A stretch of DNA of 64,000 bases from Oculina patagonica (GCF_052425735.1 NC_135766.1:21328001-21392000); one strand, 5' to 3'; positions 13,401 to 26,912 are shown, numbered from the stretch's first letter. The notes: a model not told the origin generated them from the letters alone. Made by a program: numbers and translations.

Positions 13401-16400
13401 ATTCCACTCTTGAATTGAATATTTGATTGACAGGTATGTGCCGCCTAAGAGGGTCGTGATTTTGGGCTCTTGTTCTAGCAGGGGGTATCCATTTTAGAGA
13501 CGATTTCTAGAATGAGGTATGATATCTCACATGCACGAAAGTTTCAAATTATCAACAACCAAAACAGGGTGCTAAAAAATTGACCTGTTTCTAGATCGGG
13601 GTATCATTTTCAATGCAAATTCCTTCTTAAACAGGGGTGCTTTTTTGGAGACATGGGCGGCACATACACTGTGCCCACCCAAAACATACCTGAGTACCCC
13701 CCCCCCCCCCTCCCCACCAATTCGGAAGTGGTAGCTTGGTTAAGCAGACGTTCGTGGAGGAGACACTCATGACAACCCTGGCAAAGAACTTCTGCAAAAG
13801 AGGCTAACGTGTACGTTCATGATACTTACTAACTTGATTCCACAACGTACAGTATGACATAGAAGATGCTAAGAAGAAACGACAGTACAACCTAAAGACA
13901 AAATAAAAACAACAAATTATAACCTTTCTAACCAATTAATGAATTATTAAATAAATCTTTCTTTCAAAAATTATCCTCATAAAATGCACCCAGGAACATA
14001 ATAGATTATTTTGTGACAAAAATAAAATGCAAGGATGTTTATATAGATGAAGCAATTATTTTATTTACAATCTATCTCGATGTTTATTCTCTTACATGGT
14101 GATTGGCCTTATTCATTCAGCTATTGAAGGAATTGATTCACATATAAACAAACTGCCAAATGATAAATATTTTAAACTATAAGCTTAATTTCCTTCAAAT
14201 TGCGTGACAAGTGATGACATCAATAATTATTCATCCATGTACCACAAAATACGTATTTCCCAAAATATCAGGAAAAAATCGAAGGAGGTTATCGAAGCCA
14301 AAATGTCACAAAAGTGAAGCTATTTAAGTTTACTTAAGCTTACTTTGTATAAGCAGCTCGAGTTTGATTTTAAAGTAATTCAAAAAATGGATGTATTTAA
14401 TACATTAGCTTAAATGTTGCCGACAATTAATTTTAGCTTCATGTACACTTAGAATTGAGCAGCACCACAAAAACAAAGCATGCAAACATGTCAGCTTACT
14501 TGTTAACTTCCAACTTAATGCTTCTTTTGCATTGACATTGAAATTCCACAGGAAGTATCCTCGCACAGAAGCCATATTTTACAACAGCGCACAAGATTCT
14601 TCAGACTCGATCGAATTATCAAACTTCAAAAAAAGGATCTTTCTTGTTTCCAACAGATTTTGACAAGTGTGAAAATGCTCACACAGAGAAAGGCATCTTC
14701 TCTTTCTTTCTTAGAGCCAACTTAGCATGTTTAGAATCAAGAAAACAAAGATTTACATTGGAAAACAAGCAAATAGAAAAGCAAATGCACAATGCAAATT
14801 CTCGAAATGCTCGCCATCGGCTCGCCATCCATGCTGGGAGGACAAGGTGTAGGTCAGTCAAGGTCGATCAAACAGCAACCAATGAAAACCCAGAGAACTG
14901 TCACATGGTGAGAAAACCCCATGAAGCAAGGCGCGCGGGTAATTTAAAATGGCGCCGAAACTGCACAAATTCAAGGGTTGTTGGATGTAAGAAACGGTGC
15001 AACCAAATACACGGATCCAGAGTTTCAGACTTCCTGTCCAAATTTAATAGAAAAGTGAGCCCTCATTAAGTCAGACCATTGTTAAACATCGCAAAACACA
15101 ATAGCCTGACTTAATGAGTGCTCACTTTTCTTTTGAATTTCGACCAGAAGTCTGAAACTCTGGATCCGTGTATGGACCAATGAACAGGGTTGTACTGTAC
15201 TTGATTTTATTCAGAACCTTCCTCAATAATCTTAAGGTGCACAACACTGAAGGTTGTACTATGTACAAAAGTCAAGGAGGTAAACACTATAGCCAAAATC
15301 AGTGTAGATAACTTCCCAGCCTCAGGGGAGAAGGGGAGGGGGGGGGGGGGGGGGGGGTGGCACGAGTTAAGTATGGGCCTGGGATAGGGTCACAGTTTTG
15401 GGGTTTACCTTGGTGTAAAAAATGTAAAATTGCTCTTTGCCAGCTATTGTTTTCCTGCTGTATATTGTTTTGAGATTTTTTGCTATAATATATTTTTGCC
15501 TGTTTGTTATTTTATGTCAGTGGTGAGTTTCACAGAATTTTCAGTAGCGGATCTAGGCCAAATTGAGGTCCGAAAGTCTGAGAAAAATTATTTTCAAGAG
15601 CGGGGCCCCCTTTTTTCCAAGGTCTGGATGATTGGGCTCCCCACTTAGCTGAAGGTCTGGATCTGCCACTGATTTTACATCCAGGATGAGGCCAGTTTTG
15701 GTCCACAAATTATAGAGGTGGCCTGAAGGGGTAAAGTGGAAACTTTGATTTGCCAATATTTTACTGGGAATAGGATTTGGTTCACCAGGATGGGAATCAC
15801 AAACAAATATTTGGGAATGGGACAAGGATTTGGGAAAAAGTAGGTTGGGAAAGGATTTGGGCAAGAGAAATGGCTTTTCGCAGCTGCTGTACTGCTTTGA
15901 CAGTCATGAAATAAAAATTAAAAATTAAAATTAAATTTTTAATTTTTTTTTTTTTTTTTTTTTTTTTTTATTTTTTTTTTTTGCCCGGCCCCCCCCCTCC
16001 CTTTTTTTTTTTTCCCCCTTTTTTTTTTTAATTTTTTTTCCCCAAATTTTTTAAAAAAAATTTTTTCACAAAAAAAAAAAAAATGAAATAAAAATTGTTT
16101 GGTGCAAAGTTTTTGTGAAAAGCTGTGAATATGTCACTTAATACAACACATAAAGCATTGTTTCTTTCATACAAAATATTAATGTAACTGCAGGGGCAAT
16201 TATAACTGAACTTGTGATATACACATTCAGGGCTGTCATAAGGCTTTTAAGCAGCTATAACATTGAAGTAATCACCTGTAGCATTTCATTTACAATTGAA
16301 CCTCGCTAATTTGAACTCGGTTATTTCGAATTCCCCTTTTTTTCTAATTAAATCCCTTTTTCTTTTATTTTCCCTTCTTTCTTTTTTTTCTCCTATTTTC

Positions 16401-19400
16401 TCTCCCTCTCTTTCTATTTTTTTTTTTTTTCCCCCCTCTCCTAAAAGGGGGGCTCTATATTCAAGTGTAACATTAAACACCAATCATTTTTTCACCCATA
16501 ATATTTAGTGAGCTCAGCCATATGTAACATGTGTTACGGATTACGGCCCTTAATGACATCCGGCCTGCCCTTGCCGTGTTATGCAATTTTTTGCAACTTT
16601 AACTCCATTAGAAATAATATTACAATTTAATTTTTTTTATCTATTTATTCTGATTGATGACCTCTTTGGGCATACCTGCCAACTCTTTATCAAATCTCCC
16701 AGTCTGATTTTCGTAAACTATTCATACATTGTCTTAAATGCAAAGATTTCTAGACATCTCCAGATTTTTGTACTCTGGGGGTTGGCAGGTATGTCTTTGG
16801 GGGGGGGGGGGGAAGCAGACGGGTGCGATTTTGCATCAGAAATGTTGCTTAATTTTCTGTGTAGTTCCATAAATTATCCATACCTACCCCACAGAAGGGA
16901 GCCCTCCACCCCTCTGGAAATTCCAATTAAGCTTCATAAATTTCTTTAAAGTTTTTGGCCTTTGACACCCCTCCCATCCCCCAGGAGTTTTCAATCCCTT
17001 TTGTGGGGGAGTATGGACATTTTCTGGAACCACACATTACATGTAAGGAAAGCACATGGAAAAACAGTCTGTCTTAACATAAAAGAGACCTAATTTAAAT
17101 TGAAAAATGTGTCTAGGTTGGAGTTGGACTGCCTGATTGAGTACCAGACGTGTGAGTGCAACATTTCAAAGTCTTAAATCCTAGTGCTTTAATGCTTTCA
17201 AATATCACATTTCACACCAATTTCATACCCTGTGTTGCTTATTCTACTCAGGAAACATAACTGAATTAAAAATCAAAAGTTGTGCTTGTACGTTCGGTAA
17301 CTCAATCTTTTACCTGTACTGCTATCTAAAGGTTTCTAATAACATGAAATGTAAAACAGTTTTAGCAGAAATTATGAACATTTGACTATCAAAATCATGA
17401 GTGGTAAACCGCCATTAGGAATTTAAACTGGCGACAACACAATTCTTTTCATGTGATTGAAAACAAATTGTCACGTAGTTTGTGTTTGCAAGCATCTTGT
17501 CAGTATTGATGTGATTTGAAACGGTCGCTTCATGGCCATGTAAACATCGTTTTCCAGAATTTGTATGAGCAATGTGTAGTTCCATATAATATCCATACCT
17601 CCCCCACGGAAGGGATTTTTTAAAAGAGCCCCCCACCCCTCTAGAAATTCCATTTAAATTTCATACATTTCTTAAAATTTTAAGGTCTTTGAGACCCCCC
17701 CACCTCCCCAGGAATTTTCAATCCATTCTATGGGTGAGTATGGATATTTTCTGGAACTACACAAAAATAAAGCTATCGAGGCAACAGGGTCGGAAAACTT
17801 TTGAGATGTATTCAACCTTTATAAAGAGAAGCAGGTTTCGTTAATTTTAAAGGGTTCCATGCTGTTTGGCAGCAGAGAGTTTCCGAAAATCACAAAGCTT
17901 TTTATTGGCTTCCCGATGACAATTTTTTCAATTGAATTGTGTCACCGCCAGTTCAAATGCCTAACAGCAGTTTTATGCCACTCTAGTGATTTGATAGGAA
18001 CATTATCAGTCTCTGAGCATAATTTATCAAAACTTAAGTATGCATGTATTAAATTAAATACGATAGAGTGTCTGCCAGTGCCATCTTGTAGTAACACAAA
18101 ACTGTTATAGATGTGTGGAATGCGTTGGGTATTCAGCAAGATATATTATCATTTGAAAAAACTACAATTTATAGACCTTTGTTATTAGTGTACATGTAAC
18201 TTGGCAAAGAGCCAATTAAAGTCAATTATAAAATGTCTGGTAACATCACATTAAATTATTTTTGAATGCATCTTTTCAAGCATGTTTTGATCGTTTCCAT
18301 TCAAACTTAACACAAATACATTTTGCATTTTCGCAGTAGTTATGGCATCTGTTTTCAACCTGGTAAATTTCTAAATGTGTGACATAAACAATGATGTCAT
18401 CAGTGGCTTGACTGCCGCAAGAAATGTATTAAAAGATATGGTTGTCAAGGAAACCCCTTGCAGTAGAACACAGATAACACCTGTTTTGAAACCTTAACTT
18501 GTTTTTACTGCTTCGCGACAACTTCAATAACTATTATTTAAAATTCAAGCAACTCAAATCATAACCAGTCAAAATAATTTGCAGTAATAAATTTTGTTAG
18601 TCGACAATCATATACGGTAAATGTTCTATCTCAAATAAATGTTTTTATGGCAGTAGGATAGCTACTCGTAAAGTTTTAGAATTAAGAAATTTAACCACTG
18701 CAACTTTAGAGTTGAAAAAACCCTGATGGAAACATGGATAAGTGAATATACAAGTGAAACAAAATAATTAAAGAAAAAAATAATATGGACACAATCTTCT
18801 TTAACTTAAAATCAGGAATCTTGGCAGGAGGGAAATGTGGAAATAAAAAATTAAAATCTACTCAAACCAGCTGATCAGCAAGATATAAAATTGTTTTCGT
18901 ACTTAAACTTTCAGTCTAGAGTTTAATAGAACTTCTTAGACTGGGATTGTTTAATACAAAAAAAATATTATGGACCATTAGGTACAAATGTCATAAAAGA
19001 TCTTTCGTTCTTAGTGAAGTAGGACTCGAGGTTCATAGGTTATCGAATGATCGATCACGAAAACTTGTTTGTTTTTGACAAGTACATGCGAATGGTTAGC
19101 GACCATGTCCGACAGCTTCAAAGTTGTCAATTACAGTCACGCCACAAAATTGCCACAAAAATACCTTCCCACGTTATAAAGAAATGATAATTTCGCTTAA
19201 TTAAAAGTACGTATAACAAGACGTATACCCTTCGGCATAGAAGCGGTTAAGAAGTCTGAAAACGGCAAAGTACTTCCATTTGTCGATTCCATCACTATTT
19301 GAAATTATTTTACTCCAACGTTTCGAATTTTACGCCCCATTGCACAATGTTGTTTACAAACGTAACATCACAGTCAAATTTCAAGACCACGTTAAGTATT

Positions 19401-20100
19401 CACTTAGCATTGTGTGAATGGCAAGTTTGTTTTTTAAATCATTTATTTGTCGAGAAATAATCGCTTAAGGAAGTAAAGAACTGAAATTTGCTGGATTCGG
19501 ACTTACACTTAAAACGCGAAGCCAGTTCAATGCACAGATCGATGTCAGTTTCAATACATTGAAACAAATGTATATGTCGCACGCGAGATGGGTCAAAGGA
19601 CAAAATAACAAAATTAATGGCGCGATCTGCCGAGCTATATAAAAATGGGTTCACAATCGATAAAAATTTCCTTTTTCCTTTACGGGGGTAATAGAAACGT
19701 TTCCTGTTAACAAAACGAGCTTTAGTTGTCTACTTCCTGTCTTAGCTAGATACAAATTAGCACTTACCAGACATCGTCCCTTGAACGTCTGTGCGGTAAT
19801 AAGCGTGCCGGCTTGTTCCTTCAAAATGACATAAAGCCCTCGCTTCGAAACATCCGCCAAAGTATGCGGGCCATGGTTGACCCTCTGTTTATTAGAATCC
19901 TTTTTCGACGGGTTTAGTCTTGTCCGTTTTGCGTTACATATTCTAATTATCAACCTTGAAGCCAGGATGATAAGTAATCCGCCGAAGAAAATCGCGCCGC
20001 TTGTTGCGAGAAAATACCACCATCTTCTGTCCGCTCCCGCAACCAAGCAATCTTTGTCGCATTCCACGGATAATTCCGCCCTGCTACAGGTCTTAGACAT
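354..20100 (-). CDS. KCNMA1: Slo1/BK-family calcium-activated potassium channel alpha subunit (5' part; 14 coding exons, 483 codons; gene continues beyond left edge)
   Basis: Exons (minus, all GT-AG, frame-consistent): 19768-20100, 13830-13891, 12145-12238, 10101-10212, 8430-8505, 7444-7519, 6683-6760, 4885-4974, 3800-3891, 2717-2827, 1819-1924, 1209-1291, 544-613, 354-419. Translation gives S0 [36 protein letters not shown]4 [23 protein letters not shown], pore [12 protein letters not shown]1 [52 protein letters not shown]: all Slo1 hallmarks. Could be a divergent paralogue rather than the strict orthologue. Confidence 0.95.
2067..2272. mobile_element. Tc1/mariner-type MITE fragment
   Basis: TACAGTGGAAGCTCTCTTAACGGACAC start with repeated GTAAGCGGACA motifs; right TIR not seen. 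Confidence 0.5.
2929..3326. mobile_element. PIF/Harbinger-type MITE
   Basis: TIR GGCCATCCCAATAAAA.TTT.CGTTTCCCATCGCCC; TSD TTA on both sides. Confidence 0.85.
5319..6630 (+). repeat. Local tandem triplication, ~337-bp unit, in a Slo1 intron
   Basis: GTTGAAAACAGATAATGTGACGTTTGACATGTCGGCCATGCAAGCG at ~5320, ~5948 and ~6285; near-identical copies with a (GTT)n tract. Confidence 0.9.
8061..8217. mobile_element. Short TGT...ACA MITE with 4-bp TSD, nested in an older repeat (~7665-8360)
   Basis: TIR TGTTGTGGTTTAATTTT...GGTTTAAAATTTTTCAAACCAGTTTG; TSD GAGA. The host repeat has AATCTTCGGA arrays and CACTCGAAGATAAATTTCATATCTCCGCGC. Confidence 0.8.
8770..8992. mobile_element. MITE with 5-bp TSD
   Basis: TIR CAACCCTCCAAGTT/AACTTGGAGGGTTG; TSD TGATG; internal TTTTAGTCGCCA repeats. 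Confidence 0.8.
9581..10059. mobile_element. Tc1/mariner-type MITE (TA TSD included)
   Basis: TACAGTAAACACCC..CGTAAGAACCTA / TAGGTTCTTACACGTGGGTGTTTACTGTA. Confidence 0.8.
10379..10418. repeat. (AAT)n microsatellite
   Basis: About 13 AAT units. Confidence 0.95.
10725..11775. mobile_element. Interspersed repeat / degenerate transposon (family unresolved)
   Basis: Starts CTATACTATTATCATACTAATAATATACATGAAAAAAG..TCTGATTGGCT; ends with an inverted pair TGCAATTTGGGATAAATAAGCA/TGCTTATTTATCCCAAATTGCA and ATCATGTGATTACCTATACT. Confidence 0.45.
12465..13167. mobile_element. Mutator (MULE)-type non-autonomous element
   Basis: TIR GGGCGTGTTTAAAACACGAAATGGCGAAA; 9-bp TSD GCTTCCCAG (12456-12464, 13168-13176). 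Confidence 0.88.
15007..15173. repeat. Hairpin/palindromic MITE
   Basis: ~68-bp arms ATACACGGATCCAGAGTTTCAGACTTC..CTCATTAAGTCAG and their reverse complement around a ~30-bp spacer. Confidence 0.8.
15542..15671. mobile_element. Short CAGT(G/A)GCGGATC MITE with 5-bp TSD
   Basis: CAGTAGCGGATCTAG...CTGGATCTGCCACTG; TSD ATTTT. Confidence 0.75.
16858..17765. repeat. Two copies of a ~185-bp MITE (16858-17040, 17572-17765); further copy ~11900-12070
   Basis: TGTGTAGTTCCA..ATCCATACCT.CCCCAC.GAAGGG ... GTATGGA.ATTTTCTGGAAC.ACACA. Confidence 0.75.
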
Positions 20101-23003
20101 AGTTTTCGAGTGGTGAAATACGCCATTTAATTTTCTGTTGAGCCATTATTATTACGTCCTTCTGTAGAGTTTTGAGTACCGACTGCAAGTGTCAGGTCTC
20201 ACGGCCTTGGATAGAAACGATCAACATGTAATGAGAATATACTAACATGATCACAACTGTGATAGCATTGTTGAATTTTTAAAATAAAATCCTCGGAATA
20301 GAGAACGTTTAAACTCTTAAAATGCATTTCAAAATATTGGTAAAACGATAACTAGCAGTAAGAAATTTTAATCTAGCTGTTTTAAAGGGAAGATGGGAAA
20401 CATATAAAGGAATTATAGTGATTATCTTTTTAATTCTCATTGACTGAAGTCCAGATGTGTAAACCAATTATGCATGCTTAGCAACTCTGTTGTTTCAGCC
20501 GAATATTTACACACGTTGTAAACATTAGCTGCAGGCATTATTTTCTTCTTGAAAATTCATAAATTTGGAATGCAATATCGAGGATAATGGTGAAATGCAA
20601 TCATGAAACAGTATCGCGCTAAAAAAAAGTATCACTTTTATTTTTGGACTTTCCGGAAACGACTGACAAGTTCTGTATAAAATTAATTTCTCAAAAAAAT
20701 ATATATTACTTTTTCAAATTTCTTACATAATAATACATACAGAAAAGTGCCAACTTGTTGGGGAAACAAACAAATATCTGTTTTTAGGTTTAATTGCTTA
20801 GAAAGAAAAGTTGAAAATTCAGCTTATAAATATAGACTGCGTAAGTCGGCGATAAAGTAAATCTTTCGCTGATTAAAACTTATCAAAAATTAACATCCCA
20901 CGTGAAGGCAAAACAATATTTCATGAAAATTTTGCCGTCTCAAAAGCGCCCAAGAATTTGTGAAAGATACCACAAAAGTGTTGACCGAAAATCACAGTAT
21001 GGGCTCGAGGGGTGCGATGAATGCCCTAAAATGCTCTCTATTGTCACAGGCAACGGGAAGCGGACAAAACATCCAAAGCTCGTATTGAACAAATTGAAAG
21101 CTTCTAAAGATAGAGGTTTAAGCCAAAGACGGAAACTGTCATTTTGTCAAAATGAAACAAGTAGAAATATTAGTCAACAACACCGTTGTTTCAGGTGCAA
21201 AGCACTTTCAAGGAGGTGACACTGGCCCGCCTTATTCTGGCGTGCGTCACGACACACCATCACGCGAGAGGCACTCACACGCGCGTTTATCGCGAAGCGC
21301 GCAAAAAGAAAAAAAATAGGTGGTACGCCCACTTTGTTGTGATGCATGATGATCCGATGGAAAAAAAAATGTGTGGATTGTAGAATCACAATAGTAACAT
21401 GTATGGCAATATATGCATTGTTGAAGTTTTAAATTTAAAAACCCTTCGGTTACAAACTCTCAAAATACATCTTGCACATTTTAGTATGACAATCAGCAAT
21501 AAAAATTTTAATCAAGTCATTGATCTGATGAAACCAACAAAAATCAGTGGATTGTATAATTTTTACAACCAACCTCATTCCCAGGGCTTTTCAGAAATGA
21601 GTTTGAATCACCCACTAATGTTGAGGGAATATATAAATGGGATTAAGAAATCAATGTGTTTCAAAAGTTAGGGGTAAAAATGGTGTTTAACCAAAGAGAT
21701 GGAAACTCAGTCAGGGAAACAATAACCTGCGATCAGGGGTTTTTTTCCTTGCAAAGATGAGAGAGGGAAACAAGGTTAGGGAAACAAGTGCCAGCTGATG
21801 CTGACATCACTTCTCCGAGAAGTGACTGATCTGGCGGGTTGTCCCAGAAGTTGTTAAGCAACATGACGCATTTATATGCACAACAGCTTTTGGAGTACTC
21901 GTGAGCGTTTGCACCAGTTTGACTGGATGAAATAATTTAGAATTTCTTTGAATGCTTCAACGAAATATTTGCCAAAAGTGGCACTTATTACCAACTGAAC
22001 TAGTTTTGGTGGTTCAAGAAATCGGAATTAGACTGTATAGTAAAATACAGTATTTTATTAAAATTATTATGGTATTTTCAAGTCTCCAACTTTTTGTGTT
22101 TAAGTTAGGGCCGTGAGATGCAACTTTTGTCACGGACCACTTGAGTCACAAAAAAAAAAACATTCAATCTTCTACATATTACAATCATAATCACATTCTA
22201 GGTTTGAGTAACACCAAATAATTCTTATCACAGACTTTTCATAAGCTTGTAGCATACAAACAAGGCTGTAACACAGGAGTCAGCCCTATTCTATTTGATT
22301 TTTTTTTTTGTCATTAAGGCAAAAATAAAGTCAAAAATGCAGCAATAGGCCATTATACCCCCATGCAAAAAGGTTATAAAAAAGCAAAACATAGATTATC
22401 CCACTTTTATTGCCAATTTAACTAAAATAGTTTATGAACACTGTCATGCTCCTGGCCACACCAACACATACGATAGCCTCCATAACCCTTATAAGATGCC
22501 CCCTTACACATTGAGCTTGGGTAGGAACTGATGAAAATATCTAACTCCCAGAACAAAAATAAGGTCAGGACTAAAATAATCACAGAATCAAAATTAAAGA
22601 AGGAAACTTTATTCTAGGAAAAAAGAATGGAGATTCGGTTGAAATACAGGCACCATGTTATATAACACGAGTAAAAAGCTTCTCTACTTTGATTTGAAGA
22701 AGCAAATAGATTAGGAAAATTCAACATAAAAACTTAACTAACTCACAACAGATGTAAAATTTACAGAAGCTAGCCACAAGTTAAAAAGTGAATAGTGATG
22801 ATTTATTCCAACACATGATTACACAATAATAATTGTACATTAAATGTATAAATACAGAGGAAACGTAACATCTTTTACTGGCAAAACAGCTGTGACAACG
22901 ACAGAGCTTTACTTTTCAACGAAGTGTGTAAGCAAAAATGTTTTGGAAGTCCCAATGAAACTGTACAGAGAATATAAAGTAAAAAGAAACTTAGAAATTA
23001 AGC

Positions 23004-24893
23004 TTATGTTGGTTTGTTGGCTCCTTTCTTGCCGATTAAACTCTTGTGGATGTGAGGGATTACACCTGTTGATAATAAAAAACCACGTCAAGTTTTGCAT
23101 TGCATATTATTGGGGAAAAATCATTCATATATTTCCCAGACAATATGGTAACCAATATCATCACACAAGGGCAGTGAAAAAACAATCCCAAAGTTATCTG
23201 ATAGCAACAAGCATAATTAGGTTAACTGGTGTCCTTACAGAGTTTCTGTGCATTATTTTTTTATTATTATTATCATGTAAGAAGGTTTACCATTGTCTCA
23301 AAAGAATTAATCACTTTATTTCTCTTGTAAATTACTATGGAGAAGTGTGAATTGAATCTGCAGCCATTGTGTTTTGGGGTTTTTTTTTTTATTTAAAAAA
23401 CAAACTGCTTCACTTAAATTATAAGTCAGATGATACTTTCATCAGTGAAATCACACAAAATATTTTCTGTGATAAAGCAGGGAATGAACTACCCAAAAGA
23501 AATATGAAGACATTTAGCTCCAAACAAGTTTATAGCCAAACGGAATTTTATACTAACAAGTGCAGCCCTTTTAAACAGTGGAAAATCGTCGACAGACCGT
23601 CGAAAGTTCCAGAATGTACGAGATGATTTTGAAAGATTATGCAACAATGCGATCTTACCTCCACCGGCGATAGTTGCTTTGATTAGCGAATCGAGTTCTT
23701 CGTCACCTCGAATGGCGAGTTGAAGATGGCGGGGAGTAATACGTTTCACTTTTAAATCCTTTGAAGCATTTCCAGCCAACTCGAGAACCTGCAACACAGA
23801 CAGATTGAATTCAGCTCGTTTTATACGAAAACTCCGTGGTTTAACACGTAAGATTCCACTCAGAAATCAAGGCTTTGTCATAGAAAATCAAGAAAGCGCC
23901 AAGCTAAAAATCAACCGGGCAAAATAACGCAAATGGCTCGAATTCGCCCACTGAATCAAATAGGTCGAATAAAGAGATTCATTAGCACAGTTTAAAGCGA
24001 AAAAACGGTGATAAAGCGTGTAAATCTGAAGATCAAACTCATATTTTGCATTCAAAGGCGGTCAGAAGAAAAGGACGCCATTGTTGATTTCAAATATGGC
24101 GGGAACTGTCGTTACTAGCGTAACCACCATTCGTGAAACTACTTTCCAATACGTTTCCGTTGAAATTTTTACGATCTGATTGCAAGAATATAATTGCACA
24201 CTAGATTTTTACAATATGTAGTGAAATAACGGCTGAGAATCGTCGGAGAACGGGAATTACAGAGTTGCATATTTTGAATGAATTCAATATTCAAACATTT
24301 ACCGCCCAAATGAGTACAACAAAGTGATGCGAGAGTTTGAAAGTTCTCCACGACTAAACGAGCTTTTTGCGACTCCAATTAGCAAATAGATTTTCTACAA
24401 AAAACTAGGCGTTTAATTACTTACCTCAGCTGTTAAATACTCGAGGATAGCTGCGCTGTAAACAGCGGCTGTAGCTCCAACACGGCCATGACTTGTTGTT
24501 CGGTTCTTCAAATGTCTGTGAATACGACCTACAGGGAACTGTGAAACAAATACACAGCGTCAGATTTATAGCAAAAACGGCTAAAAAAGTCTTTTGCAAA
24601 GTTGTGCAGCCATTCTTGAGCTTCAAACGCCGACTTACCTGGAGTCCTGCTCTTGCTGAACGTGAAACGGCTTTAGCCTTTGCCTTGGAATCTTTACCAG
24701 CTTTTCCGCCTGCCTACAAACCAAACAGAGGAAGGTTCGCGTGAAAAATATGAAACGTACGCGACGGTTTCGGCGAAAATATAACTTCAATTAACAGTTT
24801 ATGAAAGGATGCGCGTTCTTCGGCATAAAATAGACCGAAAACATTTCGCAAAAAGCGGATGGAAACGGATGCAAAATCCCTTCGACTTACCAT
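23004..24893 (-). CDS. H2AZ: Histone H2A.Z (H2A.V), 127 aa, 5 coding exons
   Basis: Exons 24891-24893 (ATG only, donor GTAAGT), 24639-24713 ([25 protein letters not shown]), 24425-24538 ([38 protein letters not shown]), 23659-23788 ([43 protein letters not shown]), 23004-23065 ([20 protein letters not shown]). Total 384 nt; diagnostic H2A.Z sequence. Confidence 0.98.
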
Positions 24894-25040
24894 CTCGACT
24901 CTTTGAAAATTTGTGACGCGCAAACAAACGACAACTGAAGAGCGCCAAAATTGAGCACGTCAATTTGAAAGTGAACCAGCCAATCAGAAACTAGCTTCAG
25001 AGCAGAAGCCAATCACAAGCTGTTATCTTCCCGCCTGACT
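24894..25040 (-). promoter_or_regulatory. H2A.Z 5'UTR/proximal promoter with two CCAAT boxes and an E2F-like site
   Basis: AGCCAATCAG (~24978) and AGCCAATCAC (~25007) about 30 bp apart, plus TTCCCGCC (~25028), directly upstream of the ATG exon; typical of histone and cell-cycle promoters. Confidence 0.65.
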
Positions 25041-26130
25041 AAATGTTCCAAATATGGATAATAACATTTGATGAAACAATACAATTATGGTAATTAAAAT
25101 TGATTGTTACGTTTGAAAATTAGTTTACCGCCAAGTTCATTCTTTCTTTCAGATTTGTCTAGCGCGGAAAAATTTACTTGCGATAAGGCCGCTTTATTTT
25201 TTTTCGTAAGCGCTTGCATGCCGCTTGGAGAGAACAAAAGGAGCGCGTTCTTTTCGTTCGGCCGGCCTACCCCTTCCGCCGACTTTTTGCGCCGGGGAAA
25301 AAACAGCGCCTGATCGCAATTCAAGAAAACTTTTCAACACTGAACAAGATTATGTTGGAAAAAAACATAACAAGTAAAAATGTAATTTATACGTTTTGCG
25401 ACCGATAAACCGAAAAAGCCAATCAACAAGGAGGGAGGCGGGGTGGAGGGAGTTGGGGGTAGTGTAGGTGGGGTGAGGTATTTTAAATTTCTGTCAAAAT
25501 AGCTAGCTTTCGCTTCAAGAAAAGAAAGAAAAAGGAAAACCTCTGGGATCAGGGTTGCTGCCGTAGTCAACAAATTAGGCCTCGATATTAGATGCCGATT
25601 GTAAACTCCTTATGTAATACGCACGGTTAGTTAATTGCTTAATGGAAAATTCCAGCTTAAGGCCATTAGCTGTTGTTCACGTTTCACAAGGAAAACAATA
25701 ACCGTATCATGCTCTGTCGATGTCTCTCAAGGTATGCGCAGAAAGATGACCGTGGGAAGACTAGGGAGAAGGAAATACAAGGCGCCCTCCCTATAACCCT
25801 TCACCGCGGTCAAATCTCTCAGGCAGCTTTTCTTTCTATGTCGGCGGATTTTCCACATTAAAGTGTTAGTGTGAGCGAGGATTAGATGAAATAGTTGCTG
25901 AGTGTAAACATATTCCCATGGCTATTTCCTCAGGTAAACGAGTGTTCTTAATTATTCTTAGGCCATTTTAACTAACCCAGGTAAATTTGAAAACGGAGAA
26001 ATTTGAAAACGCAACCTAAAGTGTTTTACGTCCACATTATCGTTTTTGTATCGTTTTCAAAATGTTCACCGTTCACACTAAGGGTAAATTTGAAAACGAT
26101 ACTCGGCATCGGCCATATATAAATGGCAGA

Positions 26131-26912
26131 TAGGCCTAGACAGATTGTGCTCGCAAAATCATGAAAAGTTGCTCTTTTTAAAGCCAAAAAGTTGCTAAAA
26201 TGTTGCCCAAAAACCCAAAAAGTTGCTACTAAAACTTCAAAAGTTGCTACTTTAATATATCAATATTTCATACAAATATTAGTAAATATCATCAATCATT
26301 GTTCTTTTTGGATAATTGGAACTTAAGAAAGTTCAATATATTAATCTGAAGTGTATATCTTGGGCACATGTATATTATAAAAGGTTTGTACAGTTGCAGA
26401 ACAAAACTTAATATATAAATGCTCTTGTATCTTATTGAGCAATGTCAACAAATTAAAGAAAATAACGCCAATGTGCGTGCTAAATACTCTGTTCAGTCGT
26501 TTTCTCCGGCGTCCTGCGATATTAAATCTATTAAATCGCCGTCCGCCATTTTGAGGAAGAACACGCTGCCGACGCTGGGCAACCAGGCCAAGAAATCCTG
26601 GGCGACCAGGTAATGGTAGTGAACCGAAAATAACTGGGGACGAGGTGGGTTTATGATGTCCTCTCAACACCTCCTCAACACCCGTTCCCTGCTAGTATGC
26701 AAAGTATCAATGTTTTTACAGAAATAGATGTTTCCTTTTCAAAATTTCAACCACATGTTAATTTTTGTGATTCTTATTAGGCATATCAATACAAAGTTGC
26801 TCAAAAGTTGCTCAGAAAGCTAAAAGTTGCTCAAGGTTGCTAAAATTGGAAAAAGTTGCTCCAAACGCCAAAAGTTGCTCAAAAGTTGCCGAGCACAATC
26901 TGTCTGGGCCTA
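26131..26912. mobile_element. Non-autonomous hAT-type element
   Basis: TIR TAGGCC(T/C)AGACAGATTGTGCTCG; 8-bp TSD ATGGCAGA (26123-26130, 26913-26920); subterminal AAAAGTTGCT arrays at both ends. Confidence 0.88.

Noticed and set aside
22844-23350. 168-aa plus-strand ORF
   Set aside because: Antisense to H2A.Z exon 5, intron 4 and 3'UTR; low-information composition.
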